Positions 27,612 to 38,195 of a stretch of 56,853 bases of DNA are shown one piece after another. Source of the stretch: a virus. Taxonomy: Duplodnaviria > Caudoviricetes. The position numbers and the translations under genes were made by a program. A model generated the notes under the pieces. The model was not told the origin of the DNA, searched no databases, and saw only the letters and a program-made list of their open reading frames with translations. Location: the IMG/VR virus record IMGVR_UViG_3300034524_000079, positions 1-56,853 of that record. One strand, written 5' to 3'. Numbering within the stretch: position 1 is the first letter of the stretch; every line of letters begins with the position of its first letter.

Positions 27612-28019
27612 ATGCCTATGAAGATTTCTGAACGTGTACAGGTCAAAGAGGCGATAACCCCGCAGGACATTGCAACTGCTGATGTGACGAGTGCTTATTA
27701 TGATTTACAGGGCATCGGCCAGGTAATGGTGGTGATTACCACCGGTACCATTGCCGAAACTAAGAAGGTTACAGTCCAGCTAATGCAGGCCAAAGATGAC
27801 CAGGGCACCGATGCAAAAACTCTTGGAGATGCGGTGGAATTAGTGGCCGGTAACGGCGGCGAAAAGCTGTTTATCACTACAGAAGCAAACGCAGCCAGCT
27901 TGGATCTGGCTAATGGTTTTAGCCATATTGCTGTAAAAGTTGGGTCCGATGATCCTGCCGCTACTCCTCCGGATGGGGCTGCCGTTTTGATATTCGGCGA
28001 TTTGTCCTTTAGGGGATAA
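27612..28019 (+). CDS. Putative capsid-associated (decoration) protein
   Basis: Directly after the major capsid gene; beta-rich composition. Confidence 0.55.
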   Translation: MPMKISERVQVKEAITPQDIATADVTSAYYDLQGIGQVMVVITTGTIAETKKVTVQLMQAKDDQGTDAKTLGDAVELVAGNGGEKLFITTEANAASLDLANGFSHIAVKVGSDDPAATPPDGAAVLIFGDLSFRG

Positions 28020-28084
28020 TAAATAAAACTATTACTAAAGAGGGCGGGGATTTCCCCGCTCCTTTTGGTAAGGATGGTGATTAT

Positions 28085-28438
28085 GTGCCGCACTTTAAGG
28101 TCGTCGCTGAATTTATCGATAAGAAAAGCGGTAAACGGTTGAAGCCCGGTGATACTGTAGATGCATCCGGTGACCGCGTAGAAAGGCTTAAAAAAGCCGG
28201 TGTTATAGAGAGGGAAATATCTATGCCGGTAAACAAAACAAATATTGATCCCTCATTTGTCCCACAGCATCTGGGTGGGGATTTGTACTTACTGCCCAAC
28301 GGCGATAAGGTGCAGGGTAAGGATGAGGCTATAAAAGCTATATTTGCCCTGGAGGAAGAAGTGGATGCAGAAGAAGAAAAGCCCAGGAAGTCCGCCGGCA
28401 AAAACAATAAAAAGAAAGGCAGAAAGGCGGGAAAATAA
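28085..28438 (+). CDS. Hypothetical head-associated protein
   Basis: Position; PQHLGG..Y.LPNGDKV.GK motif. Confidence 0.6.
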   Translation: MPHFKVVAEFIDKKSGKRLKPGDTVDASGDRVERLKKAGVIEREISMPVNKTNIDPSFVPQHLGGDLYLLPNGDKVQGKDEAIKAIFALEEEVDAEEEKPRKSAGKNNKKKGRKAGK

Positions 28439-29020
28439 ATGTCCCTGGTATTAGTAACTGCGCCACAGGTAGAGCCTGTTACACTGGATGAAGTAAAGAC
28501 GCACCTACGCATAGACGGTACCGATGAGGACGTTTTTCTTACTGCCCTCGTCAAAGCTGCCCGTGAATATTGCGAATCCCCCGGTCTAAACCGTGCCCTA
28601 ATTGCCCAGACATGGGATCTATGGCTTGATAAGTGGCCGGATAAAGATTATATTGTTTTGCCCAGGCCCCCTTTACTGGCAGTTAACAGCGTGAAGTATT
28701 ATGACACTGATGATGCTGAATACACTTTTGATTCTGTTAATTACTTTGTAGATACAAAGAGCGAGCCCAGCCGGATAGCACTTGCTTATAATAAAACCTG
28801 GCCTACTACAACATTGCGCCCTGCCAATGGTATTGTGGTTAATTTTGATGCAGGTTATGGGACCGCAGATAAAGTGCCGCAGACCATTAAGCAGGCAATG
28901 TTATTACTGATAGGTGGCTGGTATGAAAACCGTGAATCTACTATAGCCGGTACGATTGCGCGGGAAGTCCCTTTCTCGGTAAAAGCATTGCTTAGCCCGT
29001 TAAGGGTGGTGCCGGTATGA
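28439..29020 (+). CDS. Head-tail connector (HK97 gp6-like)
   Basis: EPVTLDEVKTHLRID and IKQAMLLLIG.WYENRE motifs. Confidence 0.9.
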   Translation: MSLVLVTAPQVEPVTLDEVKTHLRIDGTDEDVFLTALVKAAREYCESPGLNRALIAQTWDLWLDKWPDKDYIVLPRPPLLAVNSVKYYDTDDAEYTFDSVNYFVDTKSEPSRIALAYNKTWPTTTLRPANGIVVNFDAGYGTADKVPQTIKQAMLLLIGGWYENRESTIAGTIAREVPFSVKALLSPLRVVPV

Positions 29021-29343
29021 GAGCTGGGGAATTGCGACACAGGATAACCATTCAAAAGCCGGTGGAAGTTAAGGATGAATATAAAACGATAATTGATGTT
29101 GGTTGGCAGGACTTTGCCACGGTATGGGCGGCAGTAGAGCCAGTACGTGGGAGTGAGTATATTCAGCTGCAAAACTCAAAATCTGAGCTTACTGTGCGGG
29201 TTAGAATACGTTATCTTGCTGGCGTAAATGATTCGATGCGTATACTTTATGGGGGCAGAATTCTTTATATTAACTCCCCTCCAATTGATGTCGATGGAAG
29301 ACACCGGGAAATGGAGCTCATGTGCGTTGAGGATGATGGTTAA
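29017..29343 (+). CDS. Head closure protein (SPP1 gp16-like)
   Basis: GELRHRITIQ, W...ATVWA and IRY motifs. Confidence 0.88.
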   Translation: MRAGELRHRITIQKPVEVKDEYKTIIDVGWQDFATVWAAVEPVRGSEYIQLQNSKSELTVRVRIRYLAGVNDSMRILYGGRILYINSPPIDVDGRHREMELMCVEDDG

Positions 29344-29807
29344 TGCCGCAAACAATAACATTGGCGCAATTTCAAGCGCAATTAAAAAGAATACTGGCCA
29401 CCTATCCGGAGAGAAAGCAAGAGCTGTTAACCCAGGCCGGTGAATTACTTTTGGATAACGCAGCCGATATCACCGACGAGGACGAGGGGAGGCTGAAAGC
29501 TTCTTATAACCGCATTCCCTGGAACGGGGAAAAGGAATGGGTTCTTGATGTAGAGGATGACCAGGTAACCGCCGGCACTGACGTTTTTTATGCAAGGATG
29601 GTTGAGGAAGGACACAAGTTAGTTCGGGTTGTAAGAAGGGTCAAGCGCGGTCGGCGGGTTTACCGAATCAAAGAAGACCTGGGTTTTGTCCCGGGTAAAC
29701 ACTATTTTCGCAGGGCTTTCGAGCAGACAGAAAGAGAACTTCCTGACATGGTTGTGAATTTTATGCGCGAGTTGGGGAAGGAGATGGGCTTTGATGTTAA
29801 GGGATAG
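29343..29807 (+). CDS. HK97 gp10-like neck protein
   Basis: GRLKAS, YARMVEEGH and GFVPGKHYF motifs. Confidence 0.82.
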   Translation: MPQTITLAQFQAQLKRILATYPERKQELLTQAGELLLDNAADITDEDEGRLKASYNRIPWNGEKEWVLDVEDDQVTAGTDVFYARMVEEGHKLVRVVRRVKRGRRVYRIKEDLGFVPGKHYFRRAFEQTERELPDMVVNFMRELGKEMGFDVKG

Positions 29808-30240
29808 CCTCGATGCTCTCCGGGGGGTATTAATCAGTGCCTTCCCTAATGTGGACACAATCTACATTAAGAATGTGCCGGAAAAGTTTGAGAGGCCCAG
29901 CTTCCTCGTAGATCTTGTGAGCCAGGCGGAAGAACATATTAATAAAAGGTATTACCAGCTCCAGGCTACCTGGCAAATTGTATATTTTGCTCCCGAGGAT
30001 AAAGTTAAAAACCCGGATAAGCTTGACCAGTACAGTGTGTCAGATGCGTTAACAACAAAGTTGATGGAAGGGATGGTGGTTTCCGGCCCCGGCGGTACCA
30101 TATACAGGATACTTGATTGCAGTGGGGGCCCCAGGAACGAGGAAGTATATTTAACGGTCAGGCTTGAAACCCATGCGGCCAGGCCAGAACCGGAGCATGA
30201 TCTAATGCAGGACGTCGATCACGTATTTAAGGAGGAATAA
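29794..30240 (+). CDS. Tail terminator/completion protein
   Basis: FERPSF motif; position before the sheath. Confidence 0.7.
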   Translation: MLRDSLDALRGVLISAFPNVDTIYIKNVPEKFERPSFLVDLVSQAEEHINKRYYQLQATWQIVYFAPEDKVKNPDKLDQYSVSDALTTKLMEGMVVSGPGGTIYRILDCSGGPRNEEVYLTVRLETHAARPEPEHDLMQDVDHVFKEE

Positions 30241-30243
30241 AAA

Positions 30244-31329
30244 GTGCCTCTTCCGAGTGTAGTTATTACGTTTAGGAGCAAGGCGATCGCGGCAATTCAG
30301 CGGGGAGCCGTGGGTATACTGGCGGTGGTGCTTAAGGATGCAAGTGTGGCGTCGGGCGTGGAAGAACACAGGCTACAGGATATTGCTGATATTCCGGATA
30401 CTTTAAGCGTGACTAACCAGGAGTACCTGGAACTTGCTTTCATGGGCATCCCAAAGGAAATTAAAGCTGTGGTGATATCTGATGCTGCGGTGGATTACAA
30501 TGATGCGTTAAATTACTTGGAAACCATCAAGTGGAATACAGGGTGTATTCCTGGTATTGACGCCGCTGACGTTTCCACTGTCACCACCTGGGCCAAGAGC
30601 ATGCGAGACAATAAAGAGCGTAAAATCATAATGGTTCTGCCCGATAGCGATGCAGATCATGAAGCAGTGGTTAATTTTGTTGTTGAAGACGGTGAAGGCA
30701 CTCCGGGCACTGTCGATGTTGGGGAAGAGAACTATTCAGTTAGTGAATACAGCGCAAGGGTTGCCGGATTGATTGCCGGGTTGCCGTTGACCGTGGCCCC
30801 CACTTTCCAAGTTCTCAGTGAGGTGGATGACGTTCCACACATGACGAAATCAGAGGCTGACGCAATGGTGGACGCGGGGAAATTTTTCCTCTACCACGAT
30901 GGCGAGAAAGTTAAAGTAGCCCGGGGCGTCACCAGTCTTGTAACAACAACCGAAACCAAGGGTGCTGATTGGAAGAAAATCAAACTTGTCCGCATTCTGG
31001 ACATGGTTTACCACGATATTAAAAGCACTATCGAAGATGTGTATATTGGCAAATACCAAAACAGTTACGAAAATAAACTGCTTTTGCTATCGGCCATTAA
31101 CGCATATTTTGAAGTGCTGGAGCAAGAGCTAGTGCTGGACCCCGGCAAGAACCGGTGTGAAATTAATGTGCCGGCCCAGAAAACCTACCTGCGGTCCATT
31201 GGTGAAGATGTGGACAATATGACTGAACAAGAGATCAAAGAAGCCAACACGCGGGACCAGGTATTCCTGGTATCCACAGTGCGCCCGCTGGACGCTATTG
31301 AGGACGTCGACCTGATTATAAACCTTTAA
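30244..31329 (+). CDS. Tail sheath protein (XkdK-like)
   Basis: ARVAGLIAG, KVARGVTSL and KKIK.V...D motifs. Confidence 0.88.
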   Translation: MPLPSVVITFRSKAIAAIQRGAVGILAVVLKDASVASGVEEHRLQDIADIPDTLSVTNQEYLELAFMGIPKEIKAVVISDAAVDYNDALNYLETIKWNTGCIPGIDAADVSTVTTWAKSMRDNKERKIIMVLPDSDADHEAVVNFVVEDGEGTPGTVDVGEENYSVSEYSARVAGLIAGLPLTVAPTFQVLSEVDDVPHMTKSEADAMVDAGKFFLYHDGEKVKVARGVTSLVTTTETKGADWKKIKLVRILDMVYHDIKSTIEDVYIGKYQNSYENKLLLLSAINAYFEVLEQELVLDPGKNRCEINVPAQKTYLRSIGEDVDNMTEQEIKEANTRDQVFLVSTVRPLDAIEDVDLIINL

Positions 31330-31342
31330 GGGGGTGTTATAG

Positions 31343-31774
31343 TTGACCGGTGAACAAGTTATAAACGGTACCCACGGAGAGCTCTGGCTGGATGGAGAAA
31401 AGGTCAGCGAGTGCTATGGCTTGGAAGCCAGGGTAGAACTTAACAAGGAGGATGTGGACATCTGCGGGAAGCTCGGCACCGATACAAAAATGATGGGCTA
31501 TAAGGGAGCCGGCACGTTGAAGCTGCACAAAACAAACAGCCGGATGATGCTTAAGCTTTCTGACGAAATCAAAAGGGGGATTAACCCCCGCCTTCAAATA
31601 TTGAGCGCTCTTAAAGATCCGGCGGCCCTGGGCGCAGAAAGGGTATTGATAAAAGATGCCGCTTTTGATGAAATAGCTCTTGCCAACTGGGAGGCAAAAC
31701 AAAAGGGTACCAATGAGGTGCCTTTTACTTTTACTGACTGGGACCCCATCGACTTGATTGAGCCCAGGGAATAG
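31343..31774 (+). CDS. Tail tube protein (XkdM-like)
   Basis: INGTHGELWLDG, L.DP...GAER and EVPFTF motifs. Confidence 0.9.
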   Translation: MTGEQVINGTHGELWLDGEKVSECYGLEARVELNKEDVDICGKLGTDTKMMGYKGAGTLKLHKTNSRMMLKLSDEIKRGINPRLQILSALKDPAALGAERVLIKDAAFDEIALANWEAKQKGTNEVPFTFTDWDPIDLIEPRE

Positions 31775-31799
31775 AGATCGGTTAAGGAGGGTAAATGAA

Positions 31800-32195
31800 T
31801 TGAGTACACTTGACCTGTTGCTGAAAATAGACGAGGCAAAGATCAAAAAACCTACAAGACGAGTTGAGATTAAGCGGCTTTCCGAGTTGGTCGGAGAGAA
31901 GGTGGTATTCACCTGCGAGGCTGTTACCCATGACAGGTTGACTGAGATCCAGGAAATGTCTGTGGATTACAAGACCCAGGAAGCTGACATTAGTGAGCTG
32001 CAAATACAAACGGTTTTAAGCGGCATTAAAGAACCGGACTTAAAAAACAAAGAATTGATGGAAAAGTTTAAGGCGCATACGCCTAAAGAGCTGCTGAAAA
32101 AAATGCTTTTAACCGGGGAAATTACAAACCTGTACAACGTTATTTCTGAGCTTTCCGGCTTTGGGGCAGGAGCTGTTGAGGAAATAAAAAACTAA
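31800..32195 (+). CDS. Tail assembly chaperone (XkdN-like) with -1 frameshift extension to 32374
   Basis: EPDLKN..L, GEI, ELSGF and terminal IKN; slippery A-AAA-AAC at 32186-32192. Confidence 0.85.
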   Translation: MSTLDLLLKIDEAKIKKPTRRVEIKRLSELVGEKVVFTCEAVTHDRLTEIQEMSVDYKTQEADISELQIQTVLSGIKEPDLKNKELMEKFKAHTPKELLKKMLLTGEITNLYNVISELSGFGAGAVEEIKN

Positions 32196-32488
32196 TAAAA
32201 ACTGACGGGCTTGCTGAAATGTGCTACTACTACTGGTCTGAAAAAGGTGTGAGACCGTCGGTTATTTATAATATGGCCCCGGGAGAGAGGTTGTTCATCC
32301 GAGCGTGTTATGAAATTGAGTTAAGCGAAAAGAAAAACCGTCCAACATGCCCTTTGTTGACAAGACGAAAGTAAAGCCCTAGCTATTTAGCTTTAGCTGG
32401 GGCTTGCTCTTGTAATGATTGCCATGTGTTGTTGTAATCTAATAGTTTTGCCATTCCCGCCAATATGTTATAAAAAGTGGTGAGCTGT

Positions 32489-34678
32489 ATGATTTTAGGG
32501 GCCTCTTTTAGACTAAAAGATAATTTTACCTCTACAATGGTAAAGGCCCAAAAGGCCACTCAGGACACAACTAAATCTATGCGTTCTGCTCAGGTCTTTA
32601 CAGGGGAGATGTCAAAATCAACAGCCCAGCTCAGAAGTACGATGAGGCTTTATAAGGCTGAGTTAAGGGCAACGACAGCGCGTATGGATGATGCAAAGAA
32701 TTCCACCGAGGCTTTAAGGGCTAAATCAGATTCCTATAGTAAACAGCTTATTGTTCAGCGTCAGATTTTAAATAACCTATCTGATCAGCACAGGCGTGTT
32801 GCACAAGCTGAAGGGGAAAACTCAAAAGAGGCCATGCGCCTGGCCACGGCAGTGCAAAGGGCAAAAGCAGAAGAGGCCCGGATTGAGAGGCAACTTAAAA
32901 CCACAAATAAGGCCATCACAGACCAGTCAAGTTCGTGGCGGCGTTTAAGAAGTGAGTACGACAAGGCTAAAGCAGATGCTGCACCCCCTACATCATTTGA
33001 TGCAATGCGCGGTGCCGGTATGGCGGTTACCGGTGTTGGAATTGGGGCGACTGCCGGCATTGCCGGTACAGTTAAAGTTGCTGCTGATTTTGAAAGCGCC
33101 ATGAGCAGGGTGGGCGCATTGTCCGGGGCCACCGATGCAGAACTGCAAAAAATGAATAAGACGGCCCAGGAACTTGGCAGCAGTACAGCATTTAGCGCAA
33201 CCCAGGCGGCAGAAGGCATGCAATTTTTGTCTATGGCAGGTTTTAATGCAAGTGAGACCATCGCCGCCATGCCGGGTATGTTGGATATGGCTGCAGCCGG
33301 CCAGGTTGAGCTCGGACGCGCGGCTGATATTTCGTCCAACATTCTATCCGCATTCGGTTTAGAGGCCAGCGAGATGAGACGCGTGGGGGATGTGCTGACT
33401 AAAGCTTTTACATCCTCAAACGTTAACCTTGAAATGTTGGGAAATACCATGCAGTATGTAGGCCCGATAGCTAAGGCCGCTGGCTTCAGTCTTGAAGAGG
33501 TAAGTGCCGCTGCCGGGTTACTTGGTAACGCTGGTATTCAGGGTGAGAAAGCCGGTACTGCCTTGCGGTCTGTGATAACCAGGCTTGCTGACCCTCCCAA
33601 AGAAGCATCTGACGCAATGGATAAGCTTGGGCTGCAAATAACGGATTCAAACGGTAAGATGCTCCCTATGGCTAACATTTTAGGACAAGCAGAAGAGGGC
33701 ATGAAAGGGATGACAAATGCCCAAAGGACTGCTATTGCTTCTCAGTTAGCGGGTACAGAGGCGGCCAGTGCATTTCTTGCCCTTATGGATACAGGCCCGG
33801 ACAGATTAAAAGATTTCACTGGTGAGCTTGAAAACTCTGGCGGCACAGCCCGTAGGGTGGCAAAAGAGCAGCTTGACAATTTAAATGGCAGCTTGACAGA
33901 GCTGAAGTCAGCATCTGAAGGGGCTGCTATATCAATTGGTTCTACACTTTCACCATACATTAGGCAGGCGGCAGAATTTATAAAGGGCTTAGTGAATAGA
34001 TTTAACAACCTGTCTCCAGAGATGAAAAAAGCAATAGCTATTACTGCAGCTGTCGCCGCTGGGGTGGCTTTAATAGGGGGCCCTGTGTTGCTCCTCATAG
34101 GACTTTTGCCAACCATTGCGGCCGGGTTCTCAACTCTTGTTGGTATTTTCGGGGCCTTCAATACTGTTATGCTTGCCAACCCGATAGGACTTGTGATTGT
34201 AGCTATAACGGCTCTTATTGCGGCCGGAGTTTTGCTTTATAAGAACTGGGATAAAGTGAAATCATCAGCCAGTAGTCTATGGGAAGGCATAAAGAACGCA
34301 TTTAAAAAAGGTGTTAATGTGGCTATAGGCTGGCTCAATACTTTGATCGATAAGATCAACATGATTCCAGGCATCACCATACCAAAAGTAGAGAAGCTTG
34401 ATATCAAAAACCTTTCTACCAGCTACAATCCCATGGCTCATGGCCACGCGTCAGGTCTCCCTTATGTACCTTATGACAATTACCCCGCACTATTGCACAG
34501 AGGAGAATCAGTATTAACCAGGGCAGAGGCTGATAATCACCGCAAGGAAGGCACTGGTAAAGTGATTAAAATAGCTAATCTCAATATTAATGGCATGAAT
34601 AAGACGGTTAAAGAGATTTTTGACGAGATCATGGATATAGCCGAGCGGGAGGAATTTAACACCGGTGAGGTTGTTTAA
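32489..34678 (+). CDS. Tape measure protein (TP901-type core)
   Basis: FESAMSRV, T.FSA.QAAEG and G..AGTALR motifs; C-terminal HASG...LHRGE.VL. Confidence 0.92.
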   Translation: MILGASFRLKDNFTSTMVKAQKATQDTTKSMRSAQVFTGEMSKSTAQLRSTMRLYKAELRATTARMDDAKNSTEALRAKSDSYSKQLIVQRQILNNLSDQHRRVAQAEGENSKEAMRLATAVQRAKAEEARIERQLKTTNKAITDQSSSWRRLRSEYDKAKADAAPPTSFDAMRGAGMAVTGVGIGATAGIAGTVKVAADFESAMSRVGALSGATDAELQKMNKTAQELGSSTAFSATQAAEGMQFLSMAGFNASETIAAMPGMLDMAAAGQVELGRAADISSNILSAFGLEASEMRRVGDVLTKAFTSSNVNLEMLGNTMQYVGPIAKAAGFSLEEVSAAAGLLGNAGIQGEKAGTALRSVITRLADPPKEASDAMDKLGLQITDSNGKMLPMANILGQAEEGMKGMTNAQRTAIASQLAGTEAASAFLALMDTGPDRLKDFTGELENSGGTARRVAKEQLDNLNGSLTELKSASEGAAISIGSTLSPYIRQAAEFIKGLVNRFNNLSPEMKKAIAITAAVAAGVALIGGPVLLLIGLLPTIAAGFSTLVGIFGAFNTVMLANPIGLVIVAITALIAAGVLLYKNWDKVKSSASSLWEGIKNAFKKGVNVAIGWLNTLIDKINMIPGITIPKVEKLDIKNLSTSYNPMAHGHASGLPYVPYDNYPALLHRGESVLTRAEADNHRKEGTGKVIKIANLNINGMNKTVKEIFDEIMDIAEREEFNTGEVV

Positions 34679-34690
34679 GGTGGGATCGAT

Positions 34691-35320
34691 ATGGAGTTTT
34701 GGTTGAGTTTTGATAATTTTACTGAGAAGCTGCAGCTTCCTGTAAATCCGGGGGTATTTCGCGTTTTCACGGGGAACAGCAACAATATTGTAGATATCGT
34801 TGCTCTGGGTGAATTAAACCTTATTGGCGGCGAGAGGCTTGCTGAGGTTCAGCTTACTTCTTTCTTCCCGAGGCAGTGGGCTCCGTACTGCGCCTATCGT
34901 AGTATCCCAGACCCTTACGACGCAGTAGACCAAATTGAGAAATGGCGGCAATCAAAAAAGCCTGTACGCTTGATTATAACGGACACCCCGGTAAATATGG
35001 CCTGTGCTATTGAAGGCTTTGAATATGGTGAGCAGGGCGGGAGTAGGGATGTAAATTATACGCTGTCGTTGCGCGAATACCGGTTTGTCGAAATAAGACA
35101 GGTTACAGACTCGGTGCCAACCGGGATGAGTGCCCCCCGGCCGGACACTAAGCCCAAACCAAAGACCTATGAGGTGAGATCCGGCGATAGCCTGTATATG
35201 ATTGCAAAAAAAATCTATGGTGAAGGAAGTAAGTGGCGTGACTTGTATGCGGACAACAAATCTGTTATTGGCCCGGATGCCAACCTGATTAAGCCCGGTC
35301 AGCAGTTGGTGGTAGCATGA
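34691..35320 (+). CDS. LysM-domain tail protein (XkdP-like)
   Basis: LPVNP N-terminus; C-terminal LysM YEVRSGDSLYMIA...IKPGQQL. Confidence 0.88.
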   Translation: MEFWLSFDNFTEKLQLPVNPGVFRVFTGNSNNIVDIVALGELNLIGGERLAEVQLTSFFPRQWAPYCAYRSIPDPYDAVDQIEKWRQSKKPVRLIITDTPVNMACAIEGFEYGEQGGSRDVNYTLSLREYRFVEIRQVTDSVPTGMSAPRPDTKPKPKTYEVRSGDSLYMIAKKIYGEGSKWRDLYADNKSVIGPDANLIKPGQQLVVA

Positions 35321-36318
35321 ACTATAAACTTATAAACCAACAGCCAGCCGGGATTTTTGATATCACCCCACTCGTAGAAAGTATAAGTTGGGGCGGTGAC
35401 ATACGCCAGGCGGCCAGGAAAATGGACATAAGCCTAATTCATTCTCGTGACGATAACCAGCCCAAATATATTCCTCCCTTGGCCACTTGGTTAATGCTAA
35501 AGAATGATGAAAGAGAAATCCTGCGAACTGTCCCGTTTTCTACGGCAGTAGATACTTCCGGGACGCTGAAGGTAACGTCTTATACCCATGCTATATACAT
35601 GCTTAAAAGCCGGCACACGGCTAAATTTAAAAGCATGACTGCTGATGCAATAATACGACAGCTTTGCAAAGCCTTTGGTATTAATGTGGGTACCATACCG
35701 AGCACCGGGGTAACACTGGACAAGCTTATTTTAAGAAACCAGACCATTTGGGATATGTGTGTGATTGCTTTAACTGAAACCACGGAGCGCAACGGTAAAA
35801 AATATCAGATCAGATTTGACCAGGGAAAGCTAAATGTCATAGAAAAAGCACAGCAAACAGTGCGCTGGTTAATTACTCAGGGTTCTAATCTTATGAATGC
35901 CAGCTATTCTGAGAGCATTGAAGATATGCGGAATAGGATCGTTGTTGTTGGTGATAAGGATAAAGTTTTGGCCAGAGTTGAAGACGTTGACCTGATAAGG
36001 CAATACGGTCTGCTCCAGGAGTTGAAACAGCAAAATGATATAAAATCAGGAGAAGCGCGGAATATTGCCAAAAACGTACTGAAGGAACTTGGCCGGGTGT
36101 TTCGCGAGGCAAATATTGAGTGCCTGGGCCTGGATGATGTGGAAGCAGGAACGGCGGTTGAAGTGGAGGAAAAGCTTACCGGGTTAACCGGTACTTTTTA
36201 TGTGGATACCGATGAACACGTGTGGCAAAATGGTCACCACACAATGAGGCTAAAATTAAACTGGACTGATGAGGTTGCCACCAAGGAGGCTCCCCAGGAC
36301 AATGAGCAGGCTGAGTAA
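35317..36318 (+). CDS. Baseplate hub protein (XkdQ-like)
   Basis: SWGG....AARK and YGLLQ motifs; gene order. Confidence 0.82.
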   Translation: MNYKLINQQPAGIFDITPLVESISWGGDIRQAARKMDISLIHSRDDNQPKYIPPLATWLMLKNDEREILRTVPFSTAVDTSGTLKVTSYTHAIYMLKSRHTAKFKSMTADAIIRQLCKAFGINVGTIPSTGVTLDKLILRNQTIWDMCVIALTETTERNGKKYQIRFDQGKLNVIEKAQQTVRWLITQGSNLMNASYSESIEDMRNRIVVVGDKDKVLARVEDVDLIRQYGLLQELKQQNDIKSGEARNIAKNVLKELGRVFREANIECLGLDDVEAGTAVEVEEKLTGLTGTFYVDTDEHVWQNGHHTMRLKLNWTDEVATKEAPQDNEQAE

Positions 36319-36703
36319 ATTAATACAAAAGAGGGCTGGTGGGATGGTTCCCCGGGGTATCGAATTAGCTACTGTTATTGCCCCGCCTCCCGGCTTAATT
36401 ATTAAAATAGATAATATGGCTATCAATCTTGAAGCCGATGATTTGATTGTTTGTGAGCATCTTTTGGAGCACCAGCGCAGTTATTCAACCTCGCCAGCTG
36501 TGGCCAGTAGTGAAGTATCAGAATGGGAAGATATCGATCCGCCAACACACAATCACAGCCACCAGGTAAAAAGGCTAACTTTAAACAGTCAGTCAGTTAC
36601 TATATATACTAAATTACAGGCAGGTACGAGGGTAGCTGTTATGGCACTTCCTGGGGGGCAGCAATACCTAGTTTGGGATAAGGTGGTGGAAATGGGTGTC
36701 TAG
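36302..36703 (+). CDS. Baseplate spike protein (XkdR/DUF2577-like)
   Basis: ATVIAPPP.L.I, HNHSH, L.AG.RV and GQQYLV.DKV motifs. Confidence 0.75.
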   Translation: MSRLSKLIQKRAGGMVPRGIELATVIAPPPGLIIKIDNMAINLEADDLIVCEHLLEHQRSYSTSPAVASSEVSEWEDIDPPTHNHSHQVKRLTLNSQSVTIYTKLQAGTRVAVMALPGGQQYLVWDKVVEMGV

Positions 36704-37130
36704 TATTTTCCCCGAATTGGAAGTTACCGAAATAAATAAAGCCGATGACGAAAGGGTTGCATACGGTAAGGAGTTAGCCTTTGATTTTGCCGGCGGTGAC
36801 TTCATCATGGTTGACGGCAGCCCAAAGGTAGTGGAAGGTGTCGAAGCCTTGAAAGTTTGGATCGAAAAGGCTATTCGGACGGCCCGGTATCGGTTCCCGG
36901 CGTATACTTTCAATTATGGTTGTGAAATAGAAGAAATAATCGGGTACGATATTCCCCGACCTGTCTTAGAAAGCGAGGTGCAGCGGGTTATCCGCGAGGC
37001 ATTAATTTACGATGATCGCATTGAGGATGTCCGAGATTTTATTATCGAACGGGGCGGCGATTGGCTTAAAGTAACATTCCGGGTAATTACTTTTTTGGGT
37101 GACTCCTTTGAACAGGAGGTGGCGGCATAA
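36696..37130 (+). CDS. Baseplate wedge protein (XkdS/DUF2634-like)
   Basis: EALKVWI.K...T.RYR...Y...YG.E motif. Confidence 0.85.
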   Translation: MSSIFPELEVTEINKADDERVAYGKELAFDFAGGDFIMVDGSPKVVEGVEALKVWIEKAIRTARYRFPAYTFNYGCEIEEIIGYDIPRPVLESEVQRVIREALIYDDRIEDVRDFIIERGGDWLKVTFRVITFLGDSFEQEVAA

Positions 37131-38195
37131 ATGTATGAAGACCAAACAGAATCTACAATAAGACAGCGTATGCTGGATGCGGTGCCTTCCGACTTAAACA
37201 AACGGGAAGGCAGTTTTATTTATGACGGCATTTCACCGGCTGCCATTGAGTTAGCCCTGGCTTACATTGAGCTGGATCGGGTAATTAACCTCGGATTTAT
37301 CCAAACAACCTATGGCCAATACCTTGATTATCGGGCCGCTGAACATGGCCTTACCCGGAAGGCCGCGACAAAGGCTACCGGACAGGTAACTATATTAGGC
37401 AGCCAGGGTACCGTGGTTCCGGTTGGATCTGTCTTTGCAACCGGATCAGGGGTGGAGTTTGAAACTACGGACGAGGTTACCATCGATGAAACCGGGCAAG
37501 TTAGTGCGGATATCGAAGCAGTGGATGCTGGCACGGGCGGGAATGTGCCGGCGGAAACAATAACTGAGATCCTGGTATCCATTCAAGGGGTAACCGATGT
37601 GATAAACAATGATCCAACCGAGGGTGGGACGGATGAGGAAACAGATGACGCCCTTGTTTCGAGGTTATTGGAAAAAGTGAGGCTACCGGCAACCAGTGGC
37701 AACGTTGCACACTACAAACAATGGGCGCTGGAAGTAGCCGGGGTGGGGGACGCAAAGGTGTTTCCTACTTGGGATGGTCCTTTAACAGTTAAAGTAGCTG
37801 TCATAGATAGTAATAAACAGCCTGCCAGCGCTGAGATTGTCCAGGACGTGGCGGGTTACATTGAAGAGGTCCGGCCAATCGGGGCCACGGTAACAGTTGA
37901 AAGCGCCGCCGGGTTAAACATTGATGTTTCTGCAACCGTGGTTCTGGACACAGGAGCCGTGTTAGCTGATGTGCAGGCAGCCTTTGAAAGTGCCCTGGAT
38001 GAATACCTGCAAGAAATAGCTTTTGAGCAAAATTACGTCAGCTATGCCCAAATCGGAGCTTTGTTGCTTAATACTTCGGGAGTGCTTGATTACAGTAACC
38101 TGCTTTTAAATGGAGCATCTGCAAATGTTTCTGTAGGGGATACGGCAAGCAACTGCCGGGTGGCCATTAGGGGGACGGTGTCGCTCAGTGAGTAG
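37131..38195 (+). CDS. Baseplate J-like protein (XkdT-like)
   Basis: REGSFIYD, GG.DEETD..L..R, SGN..HY..WA and RPIGA motifs. Confidence 0.9.
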   Translation: MYEDQTESTIRQRMLDAVPSDLNKREGSFIYDGISPAAIELALAYIELDRVINLGFIQTTYGQYLDYRAAEHGLTRKAATKATGQVTILGSQGTVVPVGSVFATGSGVEFETTDEVTIDETGQVSADIEAVDAGTGGNVPAETITEILVSIQGVTDVINNDPTEGGTDEETDDALVSRLLEKVRLPATSGNVAHYKQWALEVAGVGDAKVFPTWDGPLTVKVAVIDSNKQPASAEIVQDVAGYIEEVRPIGATVTVESAAGLNIDVSATVVLDTGAVLADVQAAFESALDEYLQEIAFEQNYVSYAQIGALLLNTSGVLDYSNLLLNGASANVSVGDTASNCRVAIRGTVSLSE

